This document shows, piece after piece, positions 23,716 through 36,344 of a stretch of DNA of 64,000 nucleotides. Every line of letters starts with the position of its first letter. The stretch's first letter is position 1. The notes under the pieces were generated by a model that saw only the letters and a program-made list of their open reading frames with translations, was not told the origin of the DNA and searched no databases. The DNA is from Eledone cirrhosa (Eukaryota): positions 2,418,001 through 2,482,000 of the forward strand of contig OZ024760.1 in the NCBI GenBank assembly GCA_964016885.1. The letters run 5' to 3'. The translations under genes were made by a program, and so were the position numbers.

Positions 23716-26387
23716 TCATCATCATCATCATCATCACCGTTTTACGTCCGTTCTTCCACGCTAGCATGGGTTAGACGGGTTGTCCTGTTGTGGGCAGTGT
23801 CTGGTCGGCTGACCATGCCTTGCTCATACAGGAACTGATCTGGCTTGATTTCTACAGCTGGATGCCCTTCCTAACACCAACCTCATTTACAGTGAGTGCT
23901 GGGTGCTTTTTCGTGGCGCCTACACGTCCACTTTACAGTGTGGGCTGGGTGCTTTTTTGCCGTGGCACCTCCACGACCACCTTGCGGTGGGGGGGGGGGG
24001 GGGCATATTGTTTATATGCTTCAGCATGTACCCATGGGAGGTCGGGTACCCTGTATTACTGCGTGACGCCAGAAGTCACGGTCGTGTGTCATTGACTTTG
24101 AGAGGTGTAGTTGGGTAAGGTCGGCTTTTATCACCTCATCCCAAGTCATCTTGGGTCTCCCCACTCCGCGGTTTCCATCAACTTCTAGTGCTCTGCACCT
24201 TTTTATGCAGCTGTCATCCTTCATACGCATCACATGTCCATACCAGCGTAACCGCCTCTCCTGCACGCAGCATTTGATTCCTCTTATGCTCAGTCTCTCT
24301 CTCAATTCATTTATGCTTTGTCGTTCACGTATATTACTGTTACACATCCATCGGAGCATGCAGGCTTCGTTTCTCTCTAATCTACGTAAGTCTTCCACCT
24401 TCAGCGCCCAGGTCTCACTACCATGCAACATCGCTGTTCGGATACACGCATCATACAGTCTGCCTTTCATTCTGAGGGAGAAGCCTTTTGCAGCTAGCAG
24501 TGGTAGTAGTTCCCTAAACTTCTTCCATCCCGTTCTTACCCTAGTTATTGTACTTTCTGAGCACCCACCTCCGTTGCTAATTCGGTCACCTAGGTAGCAG
24601 AAGCTGTCTACTGTTTCTACAGGGCCCTCCCAGAGATTGGTGGTACTTGTTTCCTGTGGCTGTTTGCTTGCTGTTTCAGCACAGCTGCTGCATGTGAATC
24701 CTACATTCTTAATTAAGCTTCCTGAGATCCCGCTACATCTCTTGTGTACCCATTGTTTGCATTTGGGGCAAAGAATGGAGTTCCTACCTACACCTTTCCT
24801 ACATACTGAGCAAGGCCATTTCCCTGAGGGGATCTGGGTTCTGTTTTCTCGTCTACTTATAAGGACCTTAGTCTTTGTCATGTTGACTTTGAGGCCCTTT
24901 CTCTCTAGTCCCTGCTTCCAGGTTTGGAATTTATTCTCTAGTTCTACCATAGATTCAGCTATGAGTGCGAGGTCATCAGCATACAGGAGTTCCCATGGGC
25001 ATCCGGTCTTAAACTCCTCCGTTATTGCCTGCAGGACTATGATGAACAGGAGAGGGCTAAGAACAGAGCCCTGGTGGACCCCAACCTGTACGCTAAATTC
25101 CTCGCTATACTCATTGCCAATCCTAACTTTGCTGACTGCTCCCCTATACATGGCTTGTACCGCTTTCACAAGCCATTCATCTACTCCTAGTTTTCTAAGA
25201 GCCCACCAGATTACTGCACGTGGAACTCTGTCAAAGGCTTTCTCAAGGTCGACAAATGCCAAGTAGAGTGGCTTACTTTTAGCTAGGTACTTTTCCTGTA
25301 ATTGCCTCACAAGGAAGAGCGCATCAGTGGTGCCTTTCCCTGGAACAAACCCAAATTGCATCTCGTCTATATTCACCCGGTCCCTAATCAGCTGTGCTAT
25401 AACTCTTTCTGTTACTTTCATGACCTGGTCCATCAACTTTATACCTCTATAGTTTCCTCTATCTAGTGCATCGCCTTTACCTTTGTAGCAGTTGACAATG
25501 ATGCTACTGCACCAATCTTTTGGTATGGCCCCCTCTAGTATTACCTGGTTAACGATACGTGTGGTTATAGTGTGACCTACAGACCCAGATGCCTTCAGCA
25601 TCTCGGCAGCTATACCCGATGGACCGGTTGCCTTCCCTATCTTCATATCTCTGATTGCCTTACTTACTACGCTGCCGCTGACTTGTACTGCTGGTCCCTC
25701 TATAGGGTCTACGTGGGGTAGGGTCTCTTCTTCCCATGCATTCTCCTCATTTAGTAATCTATCATAATGACTCTTCCATGCATCTTTCTTCTCAGCACTT
25801 GTGAGGGCAAGCTCACCTTTATCATTCCGGATACACTTCTCTCCAATGACATCACAACTATCTCTGACACACTGCCTCGCAATCTTGAATACCTCCTGTT
25901 TCTGGTCCTCACGTTGTAAAACATGCTTGAATTTTCTATCCTCTGCTTCCCTCCTAGCTAAGTATACTTGTCGCCTAGCTTCCCTCTTGGTCTCTATGTA
26001 ATGTACCCTGCTCCCCCCGTTCTTCCATTCTTTCCATGCCTGTCTCTTGGCCTTGACTGCTTCATCTACCTTATTGTTCCACCACCAAGTCACTCTCCTC
26101 CTGCTTGAGGTCTTACTCCAGCCACAAACCTCATCCGTCGCCTCTAGTAAGTTATTTTTTAGGAACTCCCAGTTCTCTTCTACGTTAAATGTCTCTATCT
26201 GTTCTTCTTTACTGTCGTAGGCGTTGAGTAAAATATCTTTAAATCTGTTACTGGTTGAGGGGACTTTCAGCTTCCAGATCTTTCTTCTCCAGGTTGGCCT
26301 CTGTTTCAGGGCTCGTCTAGTTCTGACCGTGAGGTCGCTGACAACTAAGCTATGTTGGGATGTACATTCCTCACTAGGGAAGGCTTT
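23716..26387 (-). mobile_element. 5'-truncated RTE-clade LINE
   Basis: End of the AP endonuclease (QHSLVV, frameshift near 26260), then the RT ORF, a 3' UTR and an (ATG)n tail. Confidence 0.95.
24021..26093 (-). CDS. RTE reverse transcriptase (partial ORF) with inserted PHD-like Cys/His finger
   Basis: NYRGIKL, QFGF, FVDLEKAFD, GVHQGSVLSP, LYADD, YLG, RLRWYGHV, GRPKMTW. Insert CSVC...CPKC..WVHKRC...CSSC. Confidence 0.93.
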   Translation of the reverse strand: MTWWWNNKVDEAVKAKRQAWKEWKNGGSRVHYIETKREARRQVYLARREAEDRKFKHVLQREDQKQEVFKIARQCVRDSCDVIGEKCIRNDKGELALTSAEKKDAWKSHYDRLLNEENAWEEETLPHVDPIEGPAVQVSGSVVSKAIRDMKIGKATGPSGIAAEMLKASGSVGHTITTRIVNQVILEGAIPKDWCSSIIVNCYKGKGDALDRGNYRGIKLMDQVMKVTERVIAQLIRDRVNIDEMQFGFVPGKGTTDALFLVRQLQEKYLAKSKPLYLAFVDLEKAFDRVPRAVIWWALRKLGVDEWLVKAVQAMYRGAVSKVRIGNEYSEEFSVQVGVHQGSVLSPLLFIIVLQAITEEFKTGCPWELLYADDLALIAESMVELENKFQTWKQGLERKGLKVNMTKTKVLISRRENRTQIPSGKWPCSVCRKGVGRNSILCPKCKQWVHKRCSGISGSLIKNVGFTCSSCAETASKQPQETSTTNLWEGPVETVDSFCYLGDRISNGGGCSESTITRVRTGWKKFRELLPLLAAKGFSLRMKGRLYDACIRTAMLHGSETWALKVEDLRRLERNEACMLRWMCNSNIRERQSINELRERLSIRGIKCCVQERRLRWYGHVMRMKDDSCIKRCRALEVDGNRGVGRPKMTWDEVIKADLTQLHLSKSMTHDRDFWRHAVIQGTRPPMGTC

Positions 26388-26399
26388 TGTGTATTTTAT

Positions 26400-26490
26400 T
26401 TTCCATGTATTTTATTATGCATATTTCAAAAACAAATATCATCATGGGATGATATTTGCGTTCTCATCATATAAAATAGGGAGACATGAT
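26400..26490 (-). mobile_element. HHR-end fragment with mutated core, abutting the RTE truncation point
   Basis: tattttat aTGATGA gaacgcaaatatcatc..gatgatatttgttttt GAAA tatgca TA ataaaata (26408-26478). Confidence 0.6.
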
Positions 26491-26572
26491 ATGAAGCTTA
26501 AAAAAACACTTGCAAGCAGTGAAGTGTTAAATCAACATATATATATATATATATCAACATATATATATATAT

Positions 26573-26787
26573 AATTAGAAAGTGAACAACACAATATATA
26601 ACTACTCCATTACCAAAGGTTTCTGGATCACAGACAATATTAATATACGTCTGGGTCGTTCATCAGACAGGATCCAGAAACCTTTGGTAATGGAGCAGTT
26701 ATATATTGTGTTGTTCACTTTCTAATTAAATAGCTCTGTTCTATACATAGAGCACTCTTTTTTCCTTTGCTTTTGCTTTGGAGTTAC

Positions 26788-26790
<3 letters not shown>
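26573..26790 (+). mobile_element. PLE-like inverted repeat plus tail (family of 1287-1552)
   Basis: Arms 26573-26629 and 26671-26727. Minus arm reads CTGATGA acgac...GAAA cc-ttt-gg TA atggag (26605-26670). (TA)n flanks. Confidence 0.7.
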
Positions 26791-26873
<83 letters not shown>

Positions 26874-26969
26874 ATGAAGTTGGAAATAGCACGGAATATT
26901 TATTTTAGGGCTGTTTCTCTTTTTTTCCCTTTCTTTGATTCGTCAAAGTGACATTATTGAAAAAGTGAG

Positions 26970-27160
26970 AGGGCAGTGGATTGGCAGTATTGGTAAAGGG
27001 TCGGACACCATGCTTTCCAGCATAGTTACGTCCCTTTACGATCTGAGTTCAAATCCCGCCGAGGTTGACTTTGCCTTTCATCCTTACGGGGTCGATAAAA
27101 TAAAGTACCAGTAATGCACTGGGTAATTGCTGGCCTTGTGCCTAAAGTAGAAACAATTAT
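26970..27160 (+). mobile_element. Full-length Deu/Nin-like SINE with ~20-bp TSD
   Basis: TSD attattgaaaaagtgagaggg on both sides. Confidence 0.85.
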
Positions 27161-27225
27161 TGAAAAAGTGAGAGGGACAATTCTTTTAAAAAAGAGTTTT
27201 ATAAAGTATATAAAGTATATAAAGT

Positions 27226-27270
27226 ATAACCGGTTTCGATGTATAAGTAAAATTCATCTTATCAAATGTT
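27226..27270 (-). ncRNA. HHR-like motif with U3-A8 core
   Basis: caacat TTGATAA gatg-(13 nt)-catc GAAA ccgg TT at. Confidence 0.5.
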
Positions 27271-28559
27271 GAGTATTACAATTAAAAATAATTAATAAGA
27301 ACTCATAAGAATTAAAAACTAAAAATTAAAGATTTAAAATTAAGAGGTAAGTTTTTTTTCATCTTCTTTGATATGTATGTATTTATGTATATACAGGGTT
27401 ATATATATATGTATGTGTATATGTATAAACACGCCTTGATTTCAAATACTTATGATATCAAAACATAAATGAATATTTGTGTCTACTTTAGGCACAAGGC
27501 CAGCAATTACCCAGTTCATTACTGGTACTTTATTTTATCGACCCCGTAAGGATGAAAGGCAAAGTCAACCTCGGCCGGATTTGAACTCAGATCGTAAAGG
27601 GACGTAACTCTATGCTGCAAAGCATGGCGTCCGACCCGCTACCGACACTGCCAATCCACCTATTGTTACAATATTGGTGGCTACAGTTGCATAAACTAAC
27701 AAAGTTTTATGTGGTATTGATTGATATCATAGACATTTGATGTGGGCCCCTTTTGTTGCTCAGCAAACATCAATGCGATAATTAAGCCCGGAGTGTTTTT
27801 ATGGTCACCCTGTGTATATATATATGTGTGTGTGTCATCATCATCATCATCATCGATTAACATCTATCTTCCACGCTAGCATGGGTTAGACAGGTTTGTC
27901 CCATTTAGAGGCATGTTGGGTCAGGTAACCGTATCTCGCTTATATAGGAGTGTTTCTGGCTTGTTTTCTACTGCTGGATGCCCTTCCTAACTTCCTATCG
28001 ACAGTCGATCAACAAGATCCCAAGTTGACATTTTTATATATTGATATTTTCATTATATATACAATATCATCATCATCGTTTAACGTCCATTTTGCAGGGG
28101 ATAGCGGGGTTGTCATGCTATGAGACAAGTCAGGTCCAGAGATTATGTCTTGCTCATATGGATCTGAATTTTGCTTCAGTTTCTATGGCTGGATGCCCTT
28201 CCTAATGCCAAACATGTTACAGTGCGGTCTGGGAACTTTGTGTCATGTCACCAACACGACCACTTTACAGTGTGGATAGGGTGCATTTTGTCATGTCACC
28301 AACACGACCACTTTACAGTGTGGACAGGGTGCATTTTGTCATGTCACCAACACGACCACTTTACAGTGTGGACAGGGTGCATTTTGTCATGTCACCAACA
28401 TGACTGCTTTACAGTGTGGACAAGGGTGCATTTCGTCATGCCACTAAAATGACCACTTTACAGTGTGGACTGGGTGTTTTTTGTCATGTGACCAGTTAAA
28501 CCACCTTACAGAATGAACTGGGTACTTTTTGTCGTGTCACCAGCATGACCACACGGTAG

Positions 28560-29085
28560 CCACGGAGTAGGCAGACCCAGAAAAACCTGGGACGAGCTGA
28601 TAAACTCCGACCTCACACACTTACACCTCTCCAAGACAATGTCACTGGACCGAGATCTTTGGCGGTACTCAGTAATAGAGAAGACCCGCCTTACCTAAAT
28701 ACAAAGTAAAACCTACTACAGTCAGTAGGCATCTCTAACAAAATACACCCCCGTCCCACTACCCCCACCCCATCCACACCACCCCTTTCAATGTAAAGTT
28801 ATGTTGGTGCCAACATCCAGACCGAAACAAATGAGGTCGTGTAGGTGTCACGACAAAAAAAACACACAGTCCACGCTGTAATGTAGCCATGTAGGTAACA
28901 CGGTAAAAACCTCCCAGTCCACACTGTAAATGTGGTTGGTGTTAGGAAGGGCATCCAGCTGTAGAAAACCCGCCAGACAGTCCTATGCGAGCAAGACAAC
29001 CACTCTTGCCTCAAGTGGGAAAACTCCCGTCCAAACCCATGCAAGCGTGGAATATGGACGTTAAACGATGATGATGATGATGATG
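28560..29085 (+). mobile_element. RTE 3' end, second subfamily (also 38500-39452 minus, 46135-46648 plus, 32925-33072 partial)
   Basis: GVGRPRKTWDELINSDLTHL... followed by a shared 3' UTR and (ATG)n tail. Confidence 0.85.
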
Positions 29086-29249
29086 ATGTCCTCTTAGGTT
29101 CGAACGTGCGTATAACACATACCCAGGTATACGTACATTCACACATATAGCTCTATATACAAAACGTTTTTTTTTCCCATTTCAGATAGACGCACTCCAT
29201 CATCTACTAAAATGTATATCATACATAAAATGCCAGCATCAACAGTTTT

Positions 29250-29380
29250 CCAAGAGATGCAGCATGAATGAACCTGTTATTTTTTTCTATAAATATTTTT
29301 TTTCCAATACCACCCTGCCCGTCCCTTCAATCTTTTAAATTTCTCATTCTTTCTTCTGATGAAGGACAAGGGTCCGAAAC
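29250..29380 (+). mobile_element. PLE-like fragment with HHR 5' part; family of 37205-37435
   Basis: ctt CTGATGA a ggac-aagg-gtcc GAAAc (29353-29380), cut by (CCA)n. Upstream sequence is homologous to 37335-37435 minus. Confidence 0.6.
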
Positions 29381-30480
29381 CACCACCACCTCCAGCAAAC
29401 ACATCAACATACTCATCAACATCACAACCAGTATCACCACCAACAACATTATCACCATCATCAACAACATCACCATCAACATCACCATCAACATCACAAG
29501 CAACACCATCAACAACACCACCACCACCACCAACAACATCACCACTATCAACAACAACATCACCACCACCACCAACATCACTTGTAACATCACAACACTA
29601 CCAAAAACAATAGCACCAACATCAACAACATCACCCCACCACCACCAGCATCAGTACCCACCACCACCACCGCCGCCATCATCATCATCATCATCATCAT
29701 CACTACCACCACCATCACCAACATCAACAACATCACCACCACCAACAACATCATCACCATCAAGACCACCAACATCATCACATTCAACATCACAACACCA
29801 CTATCACCAACAACACCACTACAACCACCACCATCATCACCACCAACATCACAACACCACTATCACCACCACCAACATCACAACACCACTATCACCAACA
29901 ACACCACTACAACCACCACCATCATCACCACCAACATCACAACACCACTATCACCACCACCAACATCACAACACCACTATCACCAACAACACCACTACAA
30001 CCACCACCATCATCACCACCAACATCACAACACCACTATCACCACCACCAACATCACAACACCACTATCACCAACAACACCACTACAACCACCACCATCA
30101 TCACCAACAACACCACTACCACCACCATCACCACCACCACCAACATCACATTCAACATCACAACACCACTATCACCAACAACACCACTACAACCACCACC
30201 ACCACCACCACCACCACCATCACTTTCAACATCACAACACCACTATCACCAACAACACCACTACAACCACCACCATTACCACCACCACCACCAACATCAT
30301 CACTTTCAACATCACAACACCACTATCACCAACAACACCACTACAACCATCACTATCACCACCAACACCATCACCATCACCACCACCAACAACAACAACA
30401 CCATCAACAATATCACCACCACCAACACCACCACCACCACCACCACCACCATCACCACCAACAACAACAACAACAACACG
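29380..30480. repeat. (CAC/CAA/CAT)n low-complexity tract
   Basis: Direct inspection. Confidence 0.95.
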
Positions 30481-30802
30481 AGAAAGTAAATCATTTGATG
30501 ACGACACTTGATTGCAGCAGACTTATAACACCTGCTTCTTTAGTCTGGGAATTAATTTATGCTTTGGGAAAGTCTGTATATTCTATAGAAATACCATTTT
30601 TGGTATTTACAAGTTGAAATAGTAAAATAGTTTTTAACTACACGGGAATGTGTGATTAGTGGCAACCATTCTTCCAAAATTACCAAAAATATACAATATA
30701 TGTTGCCATTTTGAAGCATTGAGAATACAGAATTGATATAATGGATGATGAGGCCATGTGCAGAAATGCTATGAAGTAGTTTATATATTAATGTGAAGAT
30801 CC

Positions 30803-31318
30803 TTAACCTGTTGACTGCCACATATATTTTACACAGCTATAGTTGTTGTGCCCGGATTTTTTTCTTCTTCTATAAAATGACTATTGTTTTTAACCATTTA
30901 ACCCTTTAGCATTTAAACTGGCTGTATCACCTCTTTCTGTTCAAACTGGCTGCTCATATTTATGTTAAGGTATTGTTCTCAAAATAAATAACATCAAAAT
31001 TTTGTAGATTTGATATTATGTGAGATAATTATGTGAGATAAAGCCTTTACCACAAAAATACAATAATAAATATAAAGTAATGTAAATGTTAAATGGTTAA
31101 ACAAACATTTATTAACAACATATATCTGAATGATTGACAGATGTCACATCAATAAACTAGTAACCCCATCTAGCTTTGAAGTGATGAACTGTTGGAACTG
31201 AGTTCATAACTTTGAAGTTATGAACTGTTGGAAACGATTTCATAACTTTGAAGTTATGAACTGTTGGAAACGATTTCATAACTTTGAAGTTATGAACTGT
31301 TGGCACTGAAGAGGTTAA
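30803..31318. mobile_element. TTAA-flanked element with nested MITE and internal 36-bp repeats; short version at 32111-32241
   Basis: ttaacctgttgactg...actgaagaggttaa ends in both copies. Confidence 0.55.
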
Positions 31319-32807
31319 AAGGCCGGTATCTGAGAGATATGAGGTTCAATTCTTCATAGCAGCCGATGGCAACTTCTTTTTCTGTCTTTTAAGGGTCATG
31401 CCCCTATTTTATAAACTATTTTATTGTATCTCTACACATGAGCATATCATCATCTTATTTTCAAAAATATGGGCAGTGTCTTTCATTAGAAATATAATGA
31501 TGAAATGGTTAAAATGGGTGGGTTTGTTTCATAAAACCAGAACCAATTTTAGCCAGGTTAGTATGAAATTTTATGTAATTCTATGGAAGAACCTTTGTTG
31601 AGTTGTTTATATTCATCTAAATATCTTTGATCATAATTCTATGTCAAAAACTTTGCTATGTTCCAGGAAACACCAACTTGAGACGAGGAAGATAGTTATA
31701 TTACTAAATCCCTCCAGATTCTTAATTCTATGTAAAAACCTTTGTTAATCCTTTAACATTTACATTACAGTATATTTACTATTGTATTTTCACTATAAAG
31801 ACTTTATCTCACATAATTATCTCACATAATATCGAATCTATGAGATTTCGATATTATTTATTTTGAGAACAATACCTCAAGATCAGTATGAGTGGCCAGT
31901 AACAGCAGGTTTGAACAGAAAGAGGTGAAAGAATTCTGGCCGGATATAGCCGGTTTAAATGATAAAGGATTAAGTGGTATTTCAGTCAGATTATTAATGA
32001 ACAAAGTTTAATTATTTTATTAAATTTCTCCAAATTTGTGGTTATTTTCAAAACTGAAATTAATTAACGAACCTGTTTATAAATATATTCTGCTAAATCA
32101 TTACAGGACATTAACCTGTTGACTGTCGCATATATTTTACACAGCTGCAGTTGCTGCGCTGGGTTTTTTTTTTCAGTAAAATGAAGTTATGAACTGTTAG
32201 GTTAAAACGAGTTATCTTGTCTATGGTACTGAAGAGGTTAAGTATTAAACAGAGATGAGATGATCAAAGTTTCGAAAGATTTTATTGAAAGACTGTATAT
32301 ATAAAGCTGTGTGTGAGTATGTTTGTGCATGCATGTGTATGTGCGAACATAAAGAAAGAGATTGGAGGAGGGATAAATGGGAATTCTGTAAGTGATGATA
32401 TAAGCAATACAGGCAACCAATCTAGAATAACAGTGACTCCAAATAAAATTGATTAAATAAGTGCTCCTTGTTTCAGTCTTACATTAAACAGACACCGTAT
32501 TGGTGGTGACATGATTAAATACATCGACTCCAGGGAGTAAAATGGCTGTGCCTAGTAATGGCATCCAGCCATAAAAAAAAATATTTTAAGTAAACATTGC
32601 GATTTTCTTGCCTGTTGCTGTGCATGTGTGTGTGTCTGAGTGTGTATATATGTGCTTATAATGTATTTTATGTGTGTGGATATATATATATATATACAGT
32701 CCTATATGAGCAAGACACAGTCACCTGATCAATCTTGACTCAAATGGGACAATTCCAGTCTAACTAATGCCAGCATGGAAGATAGATGTTAAATGATGAT
32801 GATGATG

Positions 32808-32842
<35 letters not shown>

Positions 32843-32883
32843 CAATTAAATGTATTATGCAAAAATTTGATTGTTTTAGATTT

Positions 32884-32924
<41 letters not shown>

Positions 32925-33565
32925 TCATCATCATCATCGTTTAACGTCCATGTTCCATGCTTGCATGGGTTTGGACGGGAATTTTCCCACTTGAGGCAAG
33001 AGTGGTTGTCTTGCTCGCATAGGACTGTCTGGCGGGTTTTCTACAGCTGGATGCCCTTCCTAACACCAACCACATATATATATACATGTATATATATACA
33101 TGTATATATATACATGTATATATATACATATACACACACACATCCATGCCAGCATAGAAAAGTGAATGCAAACATGATGATAAAAATTGTTTCTACTTTA
33201 GGCACAAGGCCAGCAATTACCCAGTGTATTACTGGTACTTTATTTTATCGACCCCGTAAGGATGAAAGGCAAAGTCAACCTCGGCGGGATTTGAACTCAG
33301 ATCGTAAAGGGACGTAACTCTATGCTGGAAAGCATGGCGTCCGACACTCTACCGATACTGCCAATCCAAATGACATATACTTATACACGCACATACATAA
33401 GCATGTATGTGCGTGTGTATATATACATATATATATGCACGCACAAACACATGCATTTATATATGTGTGCAGGCGGATATGTGTATGTGTATAGCACGCC
33501 ATTTTTCATTCACATATATATATATATATACACACACACACAAATATGTATATATATATACACAT

Positions 33566-33598
<33 letters not shown>

Positions 33599-33693
33599 CA
33601 CGCACACACATATATGTATATATATACACATACACACATATATATATATATATATATATACACGCACACACATATATGTATATATATACACAT

Positions 33694-33741
<48 letters not shown>

Positions 33742-33752
33742 GCACATATATG

Positions 33753-33784
<32 letters not shown>

Positions 33785-34074
33785 CATTGGTTTGCTTTTG
33801 ATTCCTGTTAAACCAACCAATGAACAGAAATGAATTTCCTGTGGGAGAATTCATTTGTGTTGAAGCACTGCTCAATATAATTCACTATCTTTCGATATCT
33901 GAATAGCGTAAAGGTGTCACTGTCTCTGTGTGTGTGTGTGTGTAGGTGTGGTTGTGTGTGTGTGTGTAGGTGTGGTTGTGTGTGTGTGTAGAGGTGGTTG
34001 TTTGTGTATGTGTGTGTGTGTACATATATATATATATATATACATCTGTGTCAGTGTGTGTATATATATATATA

Positions 34075-34568
34075 GGTAAACGGAATAGAAAATGCTGACA
34101 AATTGTTCACAGTTGAAAAATGGTTTAATTAGGACCAATCAAAATTGTTTTGACCACAAGAATTTTTGCTGGAGCCACTTTTTTAACATAAAAACAGTCT
34201 TGGCGCAAAATCAATTTTTTACATTCACATGACCTCTACCGACCAATCAAAATTGTTTTGACCACAAGAATTTTTGCAAATTGGAGCCACTTTTTTAACA
34301 TAAAAACAGGTAGAATTCCCAAAACTAATCAGATCAGAGCAAACAGCACGGACACTCTATCTCAAAATTATTTTTGAAAAGCATTTAGAAATGCGCAACC
34401 GGTAAAAACTTAAAAACTTAAAACCACAACTGAATACTAACCCATACAATCACTAATACTCTTTTATTCCTAATTAAACCATTTTTCAACTGTGAACAAT
34501 TTGTCAGCATTTTCTATTCCGTTTACCAATATATAATAACTTGTGTGTTACACCTCTATTCTTTTAAC
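34075..34568. mobile_element. Element with 60-bp perfect inverted repeats plus a ~40-nt tail in (TA)n (PLE end or MITE)
   Basis: IR 34075-34134 / 34468-34527. Internal ~65-bp direct repeat. Confidence 0.6.
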
Positions 34569-34746
34569 TATATATATATATATATATTTATTAAATAACA
34601 GATTAAAGTTTAAGCAAAGAATCGCTGCTTTCACCCTTAATGGGATCTTCTGAAACTAACAAAGTCAATCTGTAAACGCAGAAGTGGATATTCCAAAAAA
34701 CGTTGCAACCGGAGGAAGACAGGAAGACGATACATTTATGTTGGTG

Positions 34747-34791
<45 letters not shown>

Positions 34792-34794
<3 letters not shown>

Positions 34795-35224
34795 AAAAGT
34801 GTAAGTTTCTACACAAAACGAAGGTTATAGAAAAAATTGAGGTTGGTAATGGCACATGGAATATATAAGAGACAGAATACTTTTTTTGTGAAAAAACATA
34901 TAATTTTATAAGGTAAGGAAAGAATAAAGGGTATAAAAAATGACCGGTTTCGATAGGTCTGCAAAAGCCATCTTTTCAAATGTTGATTAATATTAAGAAA
35001 AATTAATAATAAGAAGAGTTAAAATTTCAAATTTTAACTCTTCTTATTATTAATTTTTCTTAATATTAATCAACATTTGAAAAGATGGCTTTTGCAGACC
35101 TATCGAAACCGGTCATTTTTTATACCCTTTATTCTTTCCTTACCTTATAAAATTATATGTTTTTTCACAAAAAAGTATTCTGTCTCTTATATATTCCATG
35201 TGCCATTACCAACCTCAATTTTCT
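34792..35224 (-). mobile_element. ~195-bp-arm palindrome plus tail, with a U3-A8 HHR motif in each arm
   Basis: Centre ~35028. aacat TTGAAAA gatgg...ctatc GAAA ccgg TC atttt (35072-35119; mirror 34937-34984). Confidence 0.7.
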
Positions 35225-35249
35225 CTCTCTCTCTATATATATATATATA

Positions 35250-35400
35250 TAGTGGTGGAACACTGGAAGGTAATATCCGTAGTGGTAGAGCACTCAGTCC
35301 AAGGGACGAGTTAAATAGAAGTGGTTACACAACAGTTAGTTCACCATACCGAGAACAATTGTTTCACCTTCGCGGATCTTCAGCAGGGGTGCACTCTGCA
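35250..35400 (-). mobile_element. Short (TA)n insert with HHR motif (35349-35388)
   Basis: g CTGAAGA t cc-gcgaa-gg t GAAA caattg TT c. Palindromic stem III, weak stem I. Confidence 0.55.
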
Positions 35401-36077
35401 TATTTATATACATATATAAATATGGAGGCACATGGCTTAGTGGTTAGAGCATTGGCCTTGCAATCGAAAGGTTGTGAGTTCAGTTCTCAGACCGGGTGAT
35501 GTGTTGTTTCCTTGAGCAAGACACTTTATTTCACATTGCTCCAGTTTACTCAGCTGTAGAAATGAGATGATAGGGACTGGGATCCTTATCATTCCACTGT
35601 GAAGTGGTCGTGGAGGTGCCACGGCAAAAAAGCACCCAGCACTCACTGTAAATGAGGTTGGTGTTAGGAAGGGCATCCAGCTGTAGAAATCAAGCCAGAA
35701 TCAGTTCCCGTCCCACCCTTGCAAGCAGGGAAAAGTGGACGTAAAATGAAATGATGATGATGAAATGATATATAAATATGCACAGTGCAACCCTGCCGTT
35801 TGGTTTTCACGGTCCTGGTTTTTCACGGAATTTTCCTTAGAATCTAATTGATTATTGTTCGTAAATATCTCCCATGAATTTTTTATGGCTTTTTTAACGC
35901 TAAATTATTAATATCAATAATAATCGAATTTGCCTTCCTATTGGATGCCCCTTCGCATAAGATGCTCCCTCGGGTGCTCTAGGAACATAACTACCCGCAA
36001 ATACTAGGGGACAATTGTATATATATATATCATCATTGTCGTTTTAACGTCTGCTTTCCCTGCTAGTATATATATAA

Positions 36078-36132
<55 letters not shown>

Positions 36133-36300
36133 TTATATATTTATTAAAATAACAGATTAAAGTTTAAGCAAAGAATCGCTGCTTTCACCCTTAACGGGAT
36201 CTTCTGAAACTAACTATTTGCTCTACGGTTCTTATATATTTGATATATATTTATCCTTATCGAGCCCTCTTTGGATTTTAGTCTTCAAATTTATTATTAT

Positions 36301-36341
<41 letters not shown>

Positions 36342-36344
<3 letters not shown>

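Noticed and set aside
24151-26001. Plus-strand ORFs over the LINE (and 786-1292 over the zinc fingers)
   Set aside because: Antisense shadows of the real minus-strand frames.
34621-34655. CAGAAGA-tccc..gggt-GAAA on the minus strand (also ~36175-36210)
   Set aside because: U4 is replaced in both copies and there is no clear stem III/UH. It may be a dead HHR but is not supportable.
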